Assembly (NCBI GenBank): GCA_020354435.1
Contig: CP070646.1
Span: 2,922,175 to 2,986,174, forward strand
DNA from: Gammaproteobacteria bacterium
GTDB taxonomy: Bacteria > Pseudomonadota > Gammaproteobacteria > GCA-001735895
Reading direction: 5' to 3'
DNA: 64,000 nucleotides
Part shown: in pieces, positions 22,007-31,647 of the stretch
Layout of the letters: every line of letters starts with the position of its first letter
How positions within the stretch are numbered: the first letter of the stretch is position 1
Position numbers and translations under genes: made by a program
The notes under the pieces: model-generated
Databases searched by the model: none
The model's input: only the letters and a program-made list of their open reading frames with translations
What the model was told of the DNA's origin: nothing

Positions 22007-22651
22007 TCAGTTGGTTTTTGAGTCTGCTTCGGACTTGAGTTCGCGATAGCGCGCCAGGTCGATTTCGTACTGCTGGTTGATCTTTTCCTTTTCGGCGACT
22101 TTCAGGCTGAGCTGCTGGTTGCGGCTTTCGATCTTGCGTGTGAAATGCTCGATTTTCTGCTCCAGCCCTCCTGGCACTTGCTTGCCTTTGGAAAGGTAAC
22201 TCTTGTCTGCCACGCTCCGCAGCTCATCGAGCTTGATCTGCGTCGTCGCGATGCTCTTGTTGATCAGGCGAATGACCGAGTCCACTACCTGGATACGGTC
22301 ATCACGCGCGATCTGCAGTTCTTTTTCGGAGCTGAAGGTCAGCAATAGCACCTGATCCTTCTGGTCCTGGATCGCTTTCAGTCTGGCGGCTTCCTTCTCT
22401 TCTTCTTCCTTTTTGCGCCGGGCTTCCGCTTCGGCGGCGAGATCTTCCTCGGATCTGGCATCTTCGGTGGTAGAAACGACCATGCCCTGCGAATTCAGCT
22501 GGTGATGTTTCTTTTTCGCTTGCGCGGCCGGCAGCCGATCGCTATAGCGCACATTACCGTCTTCGTCGATCCACTTGTACAGCGCCGCCGCCGAAGTGCT
22601 GCCGCTAACCAGGCACAAAAGCATGGTCATCATCATGAGCGTGATTTTCAT
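22007..22651 (-). CDS. DUF4124 domain periplasmic protein with a coiled-coil
   Basis: Signal peptide followed by LYKWIDEDGNVRYSDRLP. The start was taken at Met12 (MKITLMMM); the track ORF extends to 22684. Confidence 0.6.
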   Translation of the reverse strand: MKITLMMMTMLLCLVSGSTSAAALYKWIDEDGNVRYSDRLPAAQAKKKHHQLNSQGMVVSTTEDARSEEDLAAEAEARRKKEEEEKEAARLKAIQDQKDQVLLLTFSSEKELQIARDDRIQVVDSVIRLINKSIATTQIKLDELRSVADKSYLSKGKQVPGGLEQKIEHFTRKIESRNQQLSLKVAEKEKINQQYEIDLARYRELKSEADSKTN

Positions 22652-22952
22652 CGAACTGGCGAGATGTTCAGTCATGTCGCGCACGGTGTTTCAGGGTCCT
22701 TGATCGTAACCGATAACTTGGGGTGTAAAAGGTCATATATAGTTTAGTTTTCGTAATTTTTCATTAATTTAGGGTGCCCGGATGTGCTCGTCGTGACCCG
22801 CGATGGCACGGCCGCAGGCCGTTCTGCAAGCCTGCGGCAAAGTACGGATCGACCGGGTGATATCAGGTATGACCTTATCGTGAACCGCTCGAAGACGAAG
22901 TGCTTTTGCCGGGTGGCTCGGCGAAACGCCGGTTGGTTCGCCTTATGCGGGT

Positions 22953-23714
22953 TTAGCGGCTCGTCAACAGGCTGGCCACCGGGGTATGCAGTGCCTGCAA
23001 ATAGTGCCTGTCGCCGGGCGAGGTGACGAGCACGGCGACACCCAAGTTTTCCGGTTTCCATTCCGGGTTGATCGGAATGCGGTAATGGTTGTCGACCTGC
23101 AGGTTTCTTGCCGGGCTCATGTAACGCACTACTCGCTGGTGGTGCAGAATCGAGCCCGAGTTTTCTCCACGCCTGACGTCCGTCGACAGGTTGTTTTCGT
23201 AGACCAGGTAACGCAGACGGATTTGGTCGGCGATGTTACGTTCACCCGGTGAATGCAGGTCGAGCAGGAGCCCGGTTTGATCGCGGGAAACGGTCAGTTC
23301 GAGCGATAGGGGCGCCGGCTGCAAATTTGCCTGCTGAATCTTGCCGAGGATGTTTTTCGCACCGCGTGCTTCCATGCCATCGACGAAAAACTCCGGCGTG
23401 TAAATCGTGCGCTGCTGGTTATTTGCGCCAAGCGCGCGCTGCCGTTTGCTGTATTCGGCGCTGGCGAAGCGGTCCTTCCAGCCCAGGTAATCCCAGTAGT
23501 CGACGTGGAAGGATAGCGCCAGTACGTCGAGTTCATCTTTCGGTATCTCCACCAGTCGTGAAAGCCAGCGATCGGCAGGCGGGCAACTGCTGCAGCCCTC
23601 GGAGGTATAGAGTTCGACCACCGCGGTCCGGGTATCGCCGCTGTTGACGACGACGGGTTCGCCGGCCCAGGCCGGCAAGCAGAACAGGCTCGCCAACAGT
23701 AGTTTTCGAATCAT
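22953..23714 (-). CDS. DUF1223 family thioredoxin-like secreted protein
   Basis: Signal peptide MIRKLLLASLFCLPAWA and SEGCSSCPPAD. The start was moved to Met81 of the track ORF. Confidence 0.65.
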   Translation of the reverse strand: MIRKLLLASLFCLPAWAGEPVVVNSGDTRTAVVELYTSEGCSSCPPADRWLSRLVEIPKDELDVLALSFHVDYWDYLGWKDRFASAEYSKRQRALGANNQQRTIYTPEFFVDGMEARGAKNILGKIQQANLQPAPLSLELTVSRDQTGLLLDLHSPGERNIADQIRLRYLVYENNLSTDVRRGENSGSILHHQRVVRYMSPARNLQVDNHYRIPINPEWKPENLGVAVLVTSPGDRHYLQALHTPVASLLTSR

Positions 23715-23769
23715 GCTGCACCCTTGTGTTTGCGCATAGCCTGAATAGACAGCGCCGGTCGCGGTGAGT

Positions 23770-24408
23770 TCAGTCGATGCCGTATTTCTCGCGATAGGCC
23801 TCGACCGCCGCGCGCCGCTCGACTTGCCCGCCTTCCTCGAGATACTCGAGGATGTGATCGAGCCGAACGATCGATACCACGTCGAGACCTTGCTGTTCCA
23901 GCTCCTGAATCGCCGAAAGCTCGCCGAGACCCTTTTCCTGCCGATCGAGCGCAATCGTTACCGCGCTGGCGCTTGCGCCGAGCGATTCGATCAGCGCAAT
24001 CGATTCGCGAATGGCGGTGCCGGCGGTAATCACGTCGTCGATAATCATGACGCGACCGGCAATCTCGGCACCGACGGTGTTGCCGCCCTCGCCGTGATCC
24101 TTGGCTTCCTTGCGGTTGAAGGCGTAGGGCAGGTCGCGCCCGTATTTCTGAAACAGCGCGCTGGCGGTAATTGCCGCCAGCGGTATGCCCTTGTAGGCCG
24201 GGCCGAAAAGCAGATCGAACTCGATCCCGGATTGCTGGATCGCGTCGGCGTAAAATCCGGCCAGCGCGGCGAGGTCGGCGCCGCGGTTGAAGATACCCGC
24301 GTTGAAGAAGTAGGGGCTCACGCGGCCGGATTTCAGCGTGAATTCACCGAAGCCGAGCGCGCCACGGTCGAGGCAGTATTCGACGAAACGGGATTGATAG
24401 GCATGCAT
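23770..24408 (-). CDS. pyrE: orotate phosphoribosyltransferase
   Basis: [19 protein letters not shown]…[12 protein letters not shown]. Confidence 0.9.
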   Translation of the reverse strand: MHAYQSRFVEYCLDRGALGFGEFTLKSGRVSPYFFNAGIFNRGADLAALAGFYADAIQQSGIEFDLLFGPAYKGIPLAAITASALFQKYGRDLPYAFNRKEAKDHGEGGNTVGAEIAGRVMIIDDVITAGTAIRESIALIESLGASASAVTIALDRQEKGLGELSAIQELEQQGLDVVSIVRLDHILEYLEEGGQVERRAAVEAYREKYGID

Positions 24409-24483
24409 GCGGGAATCGTTATTAGCTGGTTATCACAAGTCATGTATCATATCGCCAGATTTTAATATTGGTAGCAGTTTCCG

Positions 24484-25263
24484 ATGCGCGTGATTTCAAT
24501 TAACACCAACGGTATTCGTGCGGCGGCGCGCAAGGGCTTCTTCGACTGGCTGCCGCGGCAGCGGGCCGACATTATTTGCGTGCAGGAGACCAAGGCACAG
24601 GTCGGGCAGCTAGATCAGCCGATGTATCACCCGAAGAATTACCACTGTAGTTATTTCGACGCGCTGAAAAAGGGCTATGCCGGTACTGCGATTTACAGCC
24701 GGCACGAACCGCTGCAGGTGATCCGCGGTTTTGGCGAATCCGAATTCGACAACGAGGGGCGTTATCTCGAGTATCGCTTCCCGAACCTGTCGGTGATCTC
24801 GCTGTATGCACCTTCGGGCTCGTCGGGCGATCATCGACAGGAGTCGAAATGGCGTTTTCTCGATAGTTTCATGCTGCATTTGCAGGCGCTCAGGCGCAAG
24901 CGTCGCGAGTTCATCATCTGCGGTGACTGGAATATCGCGCATCAGAACATCGATCTGAAAAACTGGCGCTCGAACCAGAAAAACTCCGGCTTCCTGCCGG
25001 AAGAACGCGCCTGGTTGACCGACCTGTTCGACCGCGTTGGATTTATCGATGCGTTTCGCATCGTCGACCCGCGGCCGGAGCAGTATACCTGGTGGTCTAA
25101 CCGCGGCCAGTCCTGGGACAAAAACGTCGGTTGGCGTATCGACTACCAGATCATCACCCCCGGGTTAAAGAGCCGCATTCAGAAAGCGCGGATCTATCGC
25201 GATCGGCGTTTCTCCGACCATGCGCCGCTGATCATGGATTATGATCTGGAGCTCCCGCGCTAG
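24484..25263 (+). CDS. xthA: exodeoxyribonuclease III
   Basis: MRVISINTNGIRAA…ICVQETK…DHAPL. Confidence 0.9.
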   Translation: MRVISINTNGIRAAARKGFFDWLPRQRADIICVQETKAQVGQLDQPMYHPKNYHCSYFDALKKGYAGTAIYSRHEPLQVIRGFGESEFDNEGRYLEYRFPNLSVISLYAPSGSSGDHRQESKWRFLDSFMLHLQALRRKRREFIICGDWNIAHQNIDLKNWRSNQKNSGFLPEERAWLTDLFDRVGFIDAFRIVDPRPEQYTWWSNRGQSWDKNVGWRIDYQIITPGLKSRIQKARIYRDRRFSDHAPLIMDYDLELPR

Positions 25264-26822
25264 TGCCATTGGGTGTAACCAGCGGGGGCAGCTCGCTTAA
25301 GCTATTCCTCCACCGGCGGGTGATAACGATGCTGTTCCTCGGTTTTTCCGCCGGCATTCCCCTGCTGCTGATTTTTTCTTCGCTTAGCCTGTGGCTGCGA
25401 GAAGCCGGCGTCGACCGTGCCGTGGTCACCTATTTCAGCTGGGCCGCACTCGGTTATTCGTTCAAGTTCGTCTGGGCGCCGCTGGTCGACCAGTTGCCGT
25501 TACCGTTGCTAAGCTACAGGCTCGGGCGTCGGCGGGCATGGATGCTCACCGCGCAGTTAGCGATTGCGAGCGCGATCCTGTTGATGGCCTCGATCGATCC
25601 GCAGTCGAGTGAAGCCAGCCTGACGCTGATGGCGCTGGCGGCGGTATTGCTCGGTTTTTCATCCGCGACCCAGGATATCGTCATCGATGCCTACCGTATC
25701 GAATCGGCCGAGGCAGAGCTGCAGGCGATGATGTCGGCCACCTACATCGTCGGTTACCGCCTCGCCATGCTGGTGGCCGGTGCAGGCTCGCTCTACCTGG
25801 CCGAGGGCTTTGGCAGCACTAACGAGGTTTATAGCTACCAGGCCTGGCAAAACACTTATTCCATCATGGCGGCGGCAATGTCGGTCGGCATCATCACGAC
25901 CCTGGTGATCGCTGAACCGGCGCGCAGCGATTCGAAATCGTACCTGGAAACGACCGGCGAGTATGCCCGTTTCCTGCTGCTGTTTGCGGTCGCGGTAGCC
26001 GGTTTCGTCGGGATTTATGCGCTGTCGAGTGACTTCGTCGAGGGCATCAAGGCCAGCCTGACGGGACAGCTGGGGAACCGGGCCTTCGCGGCAAGCCTGA
26101 TCGAGGCGTTGCGCCTCGGTGGTGCCATGCTTGCCGCCTGGATACTCGCTGTAGGACTGGTCAGAATCGGCCTGGTGCGTTACGAGATGGTGGATCGTAC
26201 CTATATCGTGCCGGTACGGGACTTTTTTCAGCGTTATGGCTGGTCGTTCGCCTGGTTGTTGCTGGCGCTGGTCGGGCTTTACCGCATTTCCGATATTGTG
26301 CTCGGCGTCATTTCCAACGTGTTTTACAAGGATCTCGGTTTTGACAAGACCCAGATTGCCGACGTCGTGGTTATTTTCGGGATTTTGATGACCATTGTCG
26401 GTGGCTTGCTCGGCGGCCTGCTGGCGGCTCGTATCGGCGTGGTTCGGATCCTGCTGCTCGGCGGCGTGCTGGCGGCGGCAACCAATTTACTGTTCATGCT
26501 GCTCGCCGGTATCGGTAACGATATTTTCTGGCTTTATGTCGTCATATCGGCGGATAACCTGTCGGCGGGCATTGCCAGCGCGGCGTTTGTCGCTTTCCTG
26601 TCGAGTCTCACCAACGTGTCGTTTACCGCGATGCAGTACGCGATCTTCAGCTCGTTGATGACCCTGATCCCGAAATCGCTGGGTGGCTACTCGGGCTCGA
26701 TGGTGAACGCGATCGGTTACCCGGGTTTTTTCCTGTTGACCGCGATTCTCGGTATACCGGTGTTGTTACTGATCGTGGCCGCGGCGAAGCGATTCGAGTT
26801 ACGCGATCAGGGTAACGCCTGA
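25263..26822 (+). CDS. ampG: AmpG-family MFS muropeptide permease
   Basis: [14 protein letters not shown]…WAPLVD, about 14 TM segments. The true start may be internal, near 25329. Confidence 0.75.
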   Translation: MPLGVTSGGSSLKLFLHRRVITMLFLGFSAGIPLLLIFSSLSLWLREAGVDRAVVTYFSWAALGYSFKFVWAPLVDQLPLPLLSYRLGRRRAWMLTAQLAIASAILLMASIDPQSSEASLTLMALAAVLLGFSSATQDIVIDAYRIESAEAELQAMMSATYIVGYRLAMLVAGAGSLYLAEGFGSTNEVYSYQAWQNTYSIMAAAMSVGIITTLVIAEPARSDSKSYLETTGEYARFLLLFAVAVAGFVGIYALSSDFVEGIKASLTGQLGNRAFAASLIEALRLGGAMLAAWILAVGLVRIGLVRYEMVDRTYIVPVRDFFQRYGWSFAWLLLALVGLYRISDIVLGVISNVFYKDLGFDKTQIADVVVIFGILMTIVGGLLGGLLAARIGVVRILLLGGVLAAATNLLFMLLAGIGNDIFWLYVVISADNLSAGIASAAFVAFLSSLTNVSFTAMQYAIFSSLMTLIPKSLGGYSGSMVNAIGYPGFFLLTAILGIPVLLLIVAAAKRFELRDQGNA

Positions 26823-26869
26823 ATTTTGTTGTATCATGTGCGCACTACGGGAACTCACTTAAGCCAATC

Positions 26870-28150
26870 ATGAGCAAATCAGAACAGCTGTTTGAACAGG
26901 CCGGGGCCGTTATTCCGGGCGGTGTCAATTCACCGGTACGCGCATTCAATGCGGTTGGTGGAACGCCGCCTTTTATCGATCACGCCGAGGGCGCTTACCT
27001 GATCGATGTCGACGGTAATCGTTATATCGACTATGTCGGCTCCTGGGGTCCGATGATAACCGGCCATGCGCATCCGGAAATCATCGACGCGGTAACCGAG
27101 GTGGTGCAAAAGGGACTCAGTTTCGGTGCACCCTGTGCGCTCGAAGTCGAGCTTGCGCAGCGCATCTGCGATACGATGCCGAATATCGATCTGGTGCGCA
27201 TGACCTGTTCCGGCACCGAGGCCACCATGAGCGCGATCAGACTCGCGCGCGGTTATAGCGGGCGCGACAAGATCGTCAAGTTCGAGGGCTGCTACCATGG
27301 CCACGGCGATTCACTGCTGGTCAAGGCCGGCTCCGGCGCATTGACGCTGGGGGTACCGAGTTCGCCGGGCGTACCGGCGGTGCTGGCCGATCATACGGTA
27401 ACGCTCGAATACAACAACAGCGAACAGGCGCGCCAGGCTTTCGCCGAGATCGGTAACCAGGTCGCTTGTGTCATCGTCGAGCCGGTTGCCGGCAACATGA
27501 ACTGCGTACCACCGGTTGACGGTTTCCTGCAAACGCTGCGGGATTGCTGCGACGAGTCCGGCAGTGTCCTGATTTTCGACGAAGTCATGACCGGCTTCCG
27601 TGTCGGTCTCGGCGGCGCGCAGGAGTTATACGGAATCGTGCCGGACCTGACCACGCTGGGCAAGGTTATCGGTGGCGGCATGCCGGTAGGCGCCTTCGGC
27701 GGCAAACGCGAAATCATGAATCATATCGCGCCGCTGGGGCCTGTTTACCAGGCCGGTACCCTGTCCGGCAATCCGGTGGCGATGGCGGCCGGCCTGAAAA
27801 ATCTCGAGATCATATCGCGCCCGGGATTTTTCGAGGATTTGACGCGGCGTACGACTCAGCTTGTAAGCGGCTTGCTGGCGGCGGCCGAGGCCAATGGCGT
27901 GGCGCTGCGCGCCAACCAGGTCGGCGCGATGTTCGGCCTGTTTTTTACCGATCAGCCCGAGGTCACGAGCTTCAGCCAGGTCAGCGCATGCGACGTCGAA
28001 CGATTCAAGCAGTTCTTTCACGGCATGCTCAAACGTGGCGTCTATCTCGCGCCGTCGGCTTACGAGGCCGGATTTGTCAGCGCGATGCACGGAGAGGTCG
28101 AAATCGAACAAACCATCGAAGCCGCAGCGGCTACTTTCGCCGAACTGTAA
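26870..28150 (+). CDS. hemL: glutamate-1-semialdehyde 2,1-aminomutase
   Basis: [10 protein letters not shown]…[12 protein letters not shown]. Confidence 0.9.
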   Translation: MSKSEQLFEQAGAVIPGGVNSPVRAFNAVGGTPPFIDHAEGAYLIDVDGNRYIDYVGSWGPMITGHAHPEIIDAVTEVVQKGLSFGAPCALEVELAQRICDTMPNIDLVRMTCSGTEATMSAIRLARGYSGRDKIVKFEGCYHGHGDSLLVKAGSGALTLGVPSSPGVPAVLADHTVTLEYNNSEQARQAFAEIGNQVACVIVEPVAGNMNCVPPVDGFLQTLRDCCDESGSVLIFDEVMTGFRVGLGGAQELYGIVPDLTTLGKVIGGGMPVGAFGGKREIMNHIAPLGPVYQAGTLSGNPVAMAAGLKNLEIISRPGFFEDLTRRTTQLVSGLLAAAEANGVALRANQVGAMFGLFFTDQPEVTSFSQVSACDVERFKQFFHGMLKRGVYLAPSAYEAGFVSAMHGEVEIEQTIEAAAATFAEL

Positions 28151-28300
28151 AACCCGGGGTATCCCTTCGAACGCCCGGGGATGGAATCCTTTGTCAGGCT
28201 CCGGTGAGCCATCCCTGGCCCGTCCCGCCGGAGCGCCGGACCGGTCCATCCCCGGGCGCTAATCGCCTGCCAAAGGATTCCATCCCCGGGCTTCGGATGC
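28149..28300. mobile_element. MITE-like element: 26-bp terminal inverted repeats (CCCGGGGATGGAATCCTTTGTCAGGC at 28174-28199 and GCCTGCCAAAGGATTCCATCCCCGGG at 28265-28290) flanking a ~65-bp core
   Basis: The inverted repeat is near perfect, with one mismatch. There are four CCCCGGG boxes. No coding capacity. It lies immediately 3' of hemL, and a REP element sits at 28334-28359. Confidence 0.55.
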
Positions 28301-28449
28301 TGCAAGGATTTGACAGGCTATAAATTGTTCGGATGTCATCCCCGCGTAAGCGGGGATCTCATACAGTGCTGACGATTGTTACCACGGGCCGTCCGGAGTT
28401 CCTGGATAATTGCTGCGCAATTTCCGGGATGACCTCGTAGTTGGGTTGG

Positions 28450-29013
28450 TCAGAGGCCCAACATGCCCTTTTTTAAACTTTTGTCGGCGGGATGGTTGCC
28501 CAGCCAGATTTCGAGTAACGCGTTTTTGAAATCTTCACCCGGGATCGTGCCCAGCGGCTTGCCGTTGCGGCTGACGCGCACACCCTGGTCGGGCCTGTAA
28601 TCGAAAGCGTACTGTTCTTTCGCGACCACGCTGCTGTCAAAATACTGGTAAAACTGGTCGATGCGCGCCTGCAGCTTTTTCAGGGTTTCGCTGTTTTGAT
28701 TTTTTTCGAAGCCTTCACGCCAGGCCTCGATCAGTTTGTCGCGATCGACTTCCTTGTAGACAAAATCGAGTTGCACCCGCCACGGTCCCGGCCGCGACAG
28801 AATCTCGGCGACATCGGACGACCGGTTCGGCAGGTACAACGCGCCGACGTAGACGTCGACCCACAGTTTTTCACGCAGGCCGATGCCGTTCAGCACCAGG
28901 GTCTGGCCATCCCCGGTTTTTATTTCATCTTCGACAAATACGCCGGAAAGCTCGGCCGCGGCGGTTAATGTGCACCACAGGCCCAGGCAGGTAGCAAGTA
29001 CCGCTTTTTTCAT
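28450..29013 (-). CDS. chalcone-isomerase-like family periplasmic protein
   Basis: Signal peptide MKKAVLATCLGLWCTLTAAA, then VLNGIGLREK…YVGALYL…LLEIWLG. The start was moved to Met60; the GAGGAGGA RBS supports it. Confidence 0.55.
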   Translation of the reverse strand: MKKAVLATCLGLWCTLTAAAELSGVFVEDEIKTGDGQTLVLNGIGLREKLWVDVYVGALYLPNRSSDVAEILSRPGPWRVQLDFVYKEVDRDKLIEAWREGFEKNQNSETLKKLQARIDQFYQYFDSSVVAKEQYAFDYRPDQGVRVSRNGKPLGTIPGEDFKNALLEIWLGNHPADKSLKKGMLGL

Positions 29014-29102
29014 CGCCCTGTCCTCCTCGCGGCTGGATTCAAGGCAGTTTATGCCTGGCCAGGGCGAATTGGAACCCCGGCAGGAATGGCGCGCCCGAGG
29101 CG

Positions 29103-29702
29103 TCAATCGTTGGCTGCTTCCGGTTTGACGTACTGGATGACACCGAGCCGGATAAGCTCGGCATGCAGTATAACCGCGCGATCGGTGCATTCCGGTATCT
29201 CGAGCAGGCGCTGTTTCAGCGCGGTTTCCAGCGGCAGCAGGTAAATCAGTTGATAGAGTATTTCCGAAAAGGACTGGTCGGCCTTACGAATGCGGCCCTC
29301 CTGGGCGCTGATATGATCGAGCAGCTCGAGCATGTAATGAAATTGTTCAGGGATCTCCCGGGTATTGCTTTCCTCGAGTACCTTGATTTCGGCGAAAGTC
29401 AGTCCGTCGGTCTGGGTGTGGGTCGACAGGATTTCGAAACGATCGATACCTAAGGCGGTGATACCAAGCAAGCCGTCGGCGCGGTGCTCCCAGTCGCTGA
29501 TCGTGGCCGTCGTGCCGATCGAGTAAATATCGGCATTAACGGCAGTTTCCTCGCCGCTGTGGATCAGCACCACGCCGAAGGCGCTGCTTTCGCGCATGCA
29601 GTTGGCGATCATGTCGAGGTAGCGCGGTTCGAAAACCTTGAGGCCGAGCGTGTTGCCGGGCAGCAGCACGGTTTTCAGCGGAAACAGTGGAATCTCGGTC
29701 AT
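29103..29702 (-). CDS. standalone LON N-terminal (substrate-binding) domain protein
   Basis: IPLFPLKTVLLPGNTLGLKVFEPRYLDMI is the LON_N signature. Confidence 0.75.
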   Translation of the reverse strand: MTEIPLFPLKTVLLPGNTLGLKVFEPRYLDMIANCMRESSAFGVVLIHSGEETAVNADIYSIGTTATISDWEHRADGLLGITALGIDRFEILSTHTQTDGLTFAEIKVLEESNTREIPEQFHYMLELLDHISAQEGRIRKADQSFSEILYQLIYLLPLETALKQRLLEIPECTDRAVILHAELIRLGVIQYVKPEAAND

Positions 29703-29725
29703 CTTCGGTCGCTGCCCGGTAAAAC

Positions 29726-30331
29726 TCAGTGACCCCAGCGCGGCGACAGGTCGTTATCGATACCGAGCTGGTCGAGTATGCGCGAGACGACGAAATCGAT
29801 CAGTTCCGATACCTCACTGACGCCGTGGTAGAAACCCGGATTGGGTGGCAATATGACGACGCCGAGGCGCGCCAGCTTGAGCATGTTTTCCAGGTGGATG
29901 GCGGAGAAGGGTGTTTCCCTGGGAACCAGGATCAGGCGCTTGCCTTCCTTGATGACGACATCGGCGGCACGGTGAATCAGGTTTTCGCTGCTGCCGACCG
30001 CAATCGACGCCAGGCTGCCCATGCTGCAGGGGCAAACCACCATCGCGTCCGCCACCGACGATCCGCTGGCCGGGGGCGCGGTCCACTGGTCCTTCGAGTA
30101 GACGTCGATCAGAGCCTCGTCGGCATCGAAATACTCGGCGAACTGCCGTCGCATTTTCTGCGGCGAACCCGAAAGCTTGAGCTCGGTTTCCATGCCCATG
30201 ACGATCTGCCCCGGTTGCGAGGTAATGAACTGTACATGAATTTTGTTTTGCAGACAGCAATCGAAAAGGCGCAACATATAGTCAGCGCCAGAGGCTCCGG
30301 TCATTGCCAGAGTTACCGTTTCGGGTTTCAT
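29726..30331 (-). CDS. ubiX: flavin prenyltransferase UbiX
   Basis: TLAMTGASGADYMLRL…VVCPCSMGSLASIAVG. Confidence 0.9.
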   Translation of the reverse strand: MKPETVTLAMTGASGADYMLRLFDCCLQNKIHVQFITSQPGQIVMGMETELKLSGSPQKMRRQFAEYFDADEALIDVYSKDQWTAPPASGSSVADAMVVCPCSMGSLASIAVGSSENLIHRAADVVIKEGKRLILVPRETPFSAIHLENMLKLARLGVVILPPNPGFYHGVSEVSELIDFVVSRILDQLGIDNDLSPRWGH

Positions 30332-31638
30332 GGATCGGAGATTGCTATTTCGGCCTCGACCAGTTTATCAGTAGCCTGCGACAGTCGCGAGATCAGGTTT
30401 TCCAGGAAGATGCGATAGTAGCGCAGCTGGGTTTCAGTGGAAGCCATCTCCATCAGCGAGGTGCTGACGCACATCAACGAAACATCGGTGCGCGCGACGA
30501 TCGTCGCATTACGCGGCTGATGCGTTAAAAACGCGATCTCACCAAAGCAGTCGCCCTGTTTCATCAGGCCGACGACCTTGTCATTCTTGACTACCTCGAC
30601 GCCGCCCTTGGCAATGATGTAGAAAGCGGTTTCCTTTTCTCCCTCGGTGACGATGACCTCGCCCTTTTGGAATTCCTTCCATTCGCTGGCGTTGACTACC
30701 TCGGTGATCTGGTCGTCGCTGAAATCCTTGAAGAAAGCGAGGTAGCGCAGCGTCTTCCATTTTTCCTGCATGTCGATGCGCTCACCGACACCGCGCAGTC
30801 GGCCGAAGGAGTTGCTCAGATCCCTGGCCAGCAGGTAGGCGGATTCGTAACGATCGTAAATAATCTTTTGCATGCATTTCTCGACGATCATGGCGATGTG
30901 TTCGGGCACCTCGGGATTCAGCTCCATGATCGGTTCCGGATCGAGATTGCTGATCTTGTAAATCAGCGATTCGAGACTGCCGGCCTTGTATGGCGTGCGT
31001 CGAGCCAGCAGCGCATACATGACCGCACCCAGCGAGTAGATGTCGGATTGCGCGACCAGGCGTTTTTCCTCGGATAACTGTTCCGGCGGCATGTACATCG
31101 GCGATCCCTGAACCTCGGTATCGTGTCCCTCGAAACCGACATCGACGTGAGCGATGCTGAAGTCCATGATCTTCACTTCGCCTTCGTTGCTGAGCATGAT
31201 GTTGCCGGGTTTCAGGTCGCGGTGAATGATGCCCTCGCGATGCACATAGTCGAGACCTTTGGCGCACTGGTAGATGACATCGACCACCTGGTTCGGCGTC
31301 AGCGTCTTGCCGCCGGTGACATACTCCTGCAACGTGACACCATCGACGAACTCCATGACGATGTAGTTGAGGTCGTCTTCCTGGCCGGCATCATAAACGC
31401 TAACCACTGACGGATGGTGCATGCGACCGGCACTGTATACCTCTGCAAAAAACCCCTCGCGCAGTTTCTGCTCGGTCGCCGGATCCATGTCGTGAGCGGA
31501 ATGCGCCACCTTGATCGCGACGGTGCGCTGCACGAAGGGATCGTAAGCCTCGTAAACCACGCCCATGGCGCCGCGGCCGATACGGCGTTTCACTTCATAC
31601 TTGGCTATTTTTGCAGGTCTATGTGATTTCTCAGACAT
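30328..31638 (-). CDS. Hanks-type Ser/Thr protein kinase fused to a C-terminal cyclic-nucleotide-binding (CAP-like) domain
   Basis: Kinase motifs: GRGAMGVVYEA, VAIK, HRDLKPGNIML, DFS, SPMYMPPE. C-terminal cNMP domain: GDCFGEIAFLTHQPRNATIVA. Its start overlaps the ubiX stop (ATGA). Confidence 0.85.
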   Translation of the reverse strand: MSEKSHRPAKIAKYEVKRRIGRGAMGVVYEAYDPFVQRTVAIKVAHSAHDMDPATEQKLREGFFAEVYSAGRMHHPSVVSVYDAGQEDDLNYIVMEFVDGVTLQEYVTGGKTLTPNQVVDVIYQCAKGLDYVHREGIIHRDLKPGNIMLSNEGEVKIMDFSIAHVDVGFEGHDTEVQGSPMYMPPEQLSEEKRLVAQSDIYSLGAVMYALLARRTPYKAGSLESLIYKISNLDPEPIMELNPEVPEHIAMIVEKCMQKIIYDRYESAYLLARDLSNSFGRLRGVGERIDMQEKWKTLRYLAFFKDFSDDQITEVVNASEWKEFQKGEVIVTEGEKETAFYIIAKGGVEVVKNDKVVGLMKQGDCFGEIAFLTHQPRNATIVARTDVSLMCVSTSLMEMASTETQLRYYRIFLENLISRLSQATDKLVEAEIAISDP

Positions 31639-31647
31639 ACCCGAAGT

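Noticed and set aside
22685-22952. A possible ncRNA or riboswitch in the 300-bp spacer between the DUF1223 and DUF4124 genes, including track ORF 22744-23061
   Set aside because: I could recognise no conserved RNA family motif (SRP, 6S, tmRNA, RNase P or a common riboswitch). The ORF overlaps the DUF1223 3' end and is Arg/Ala-rich antisense-type.
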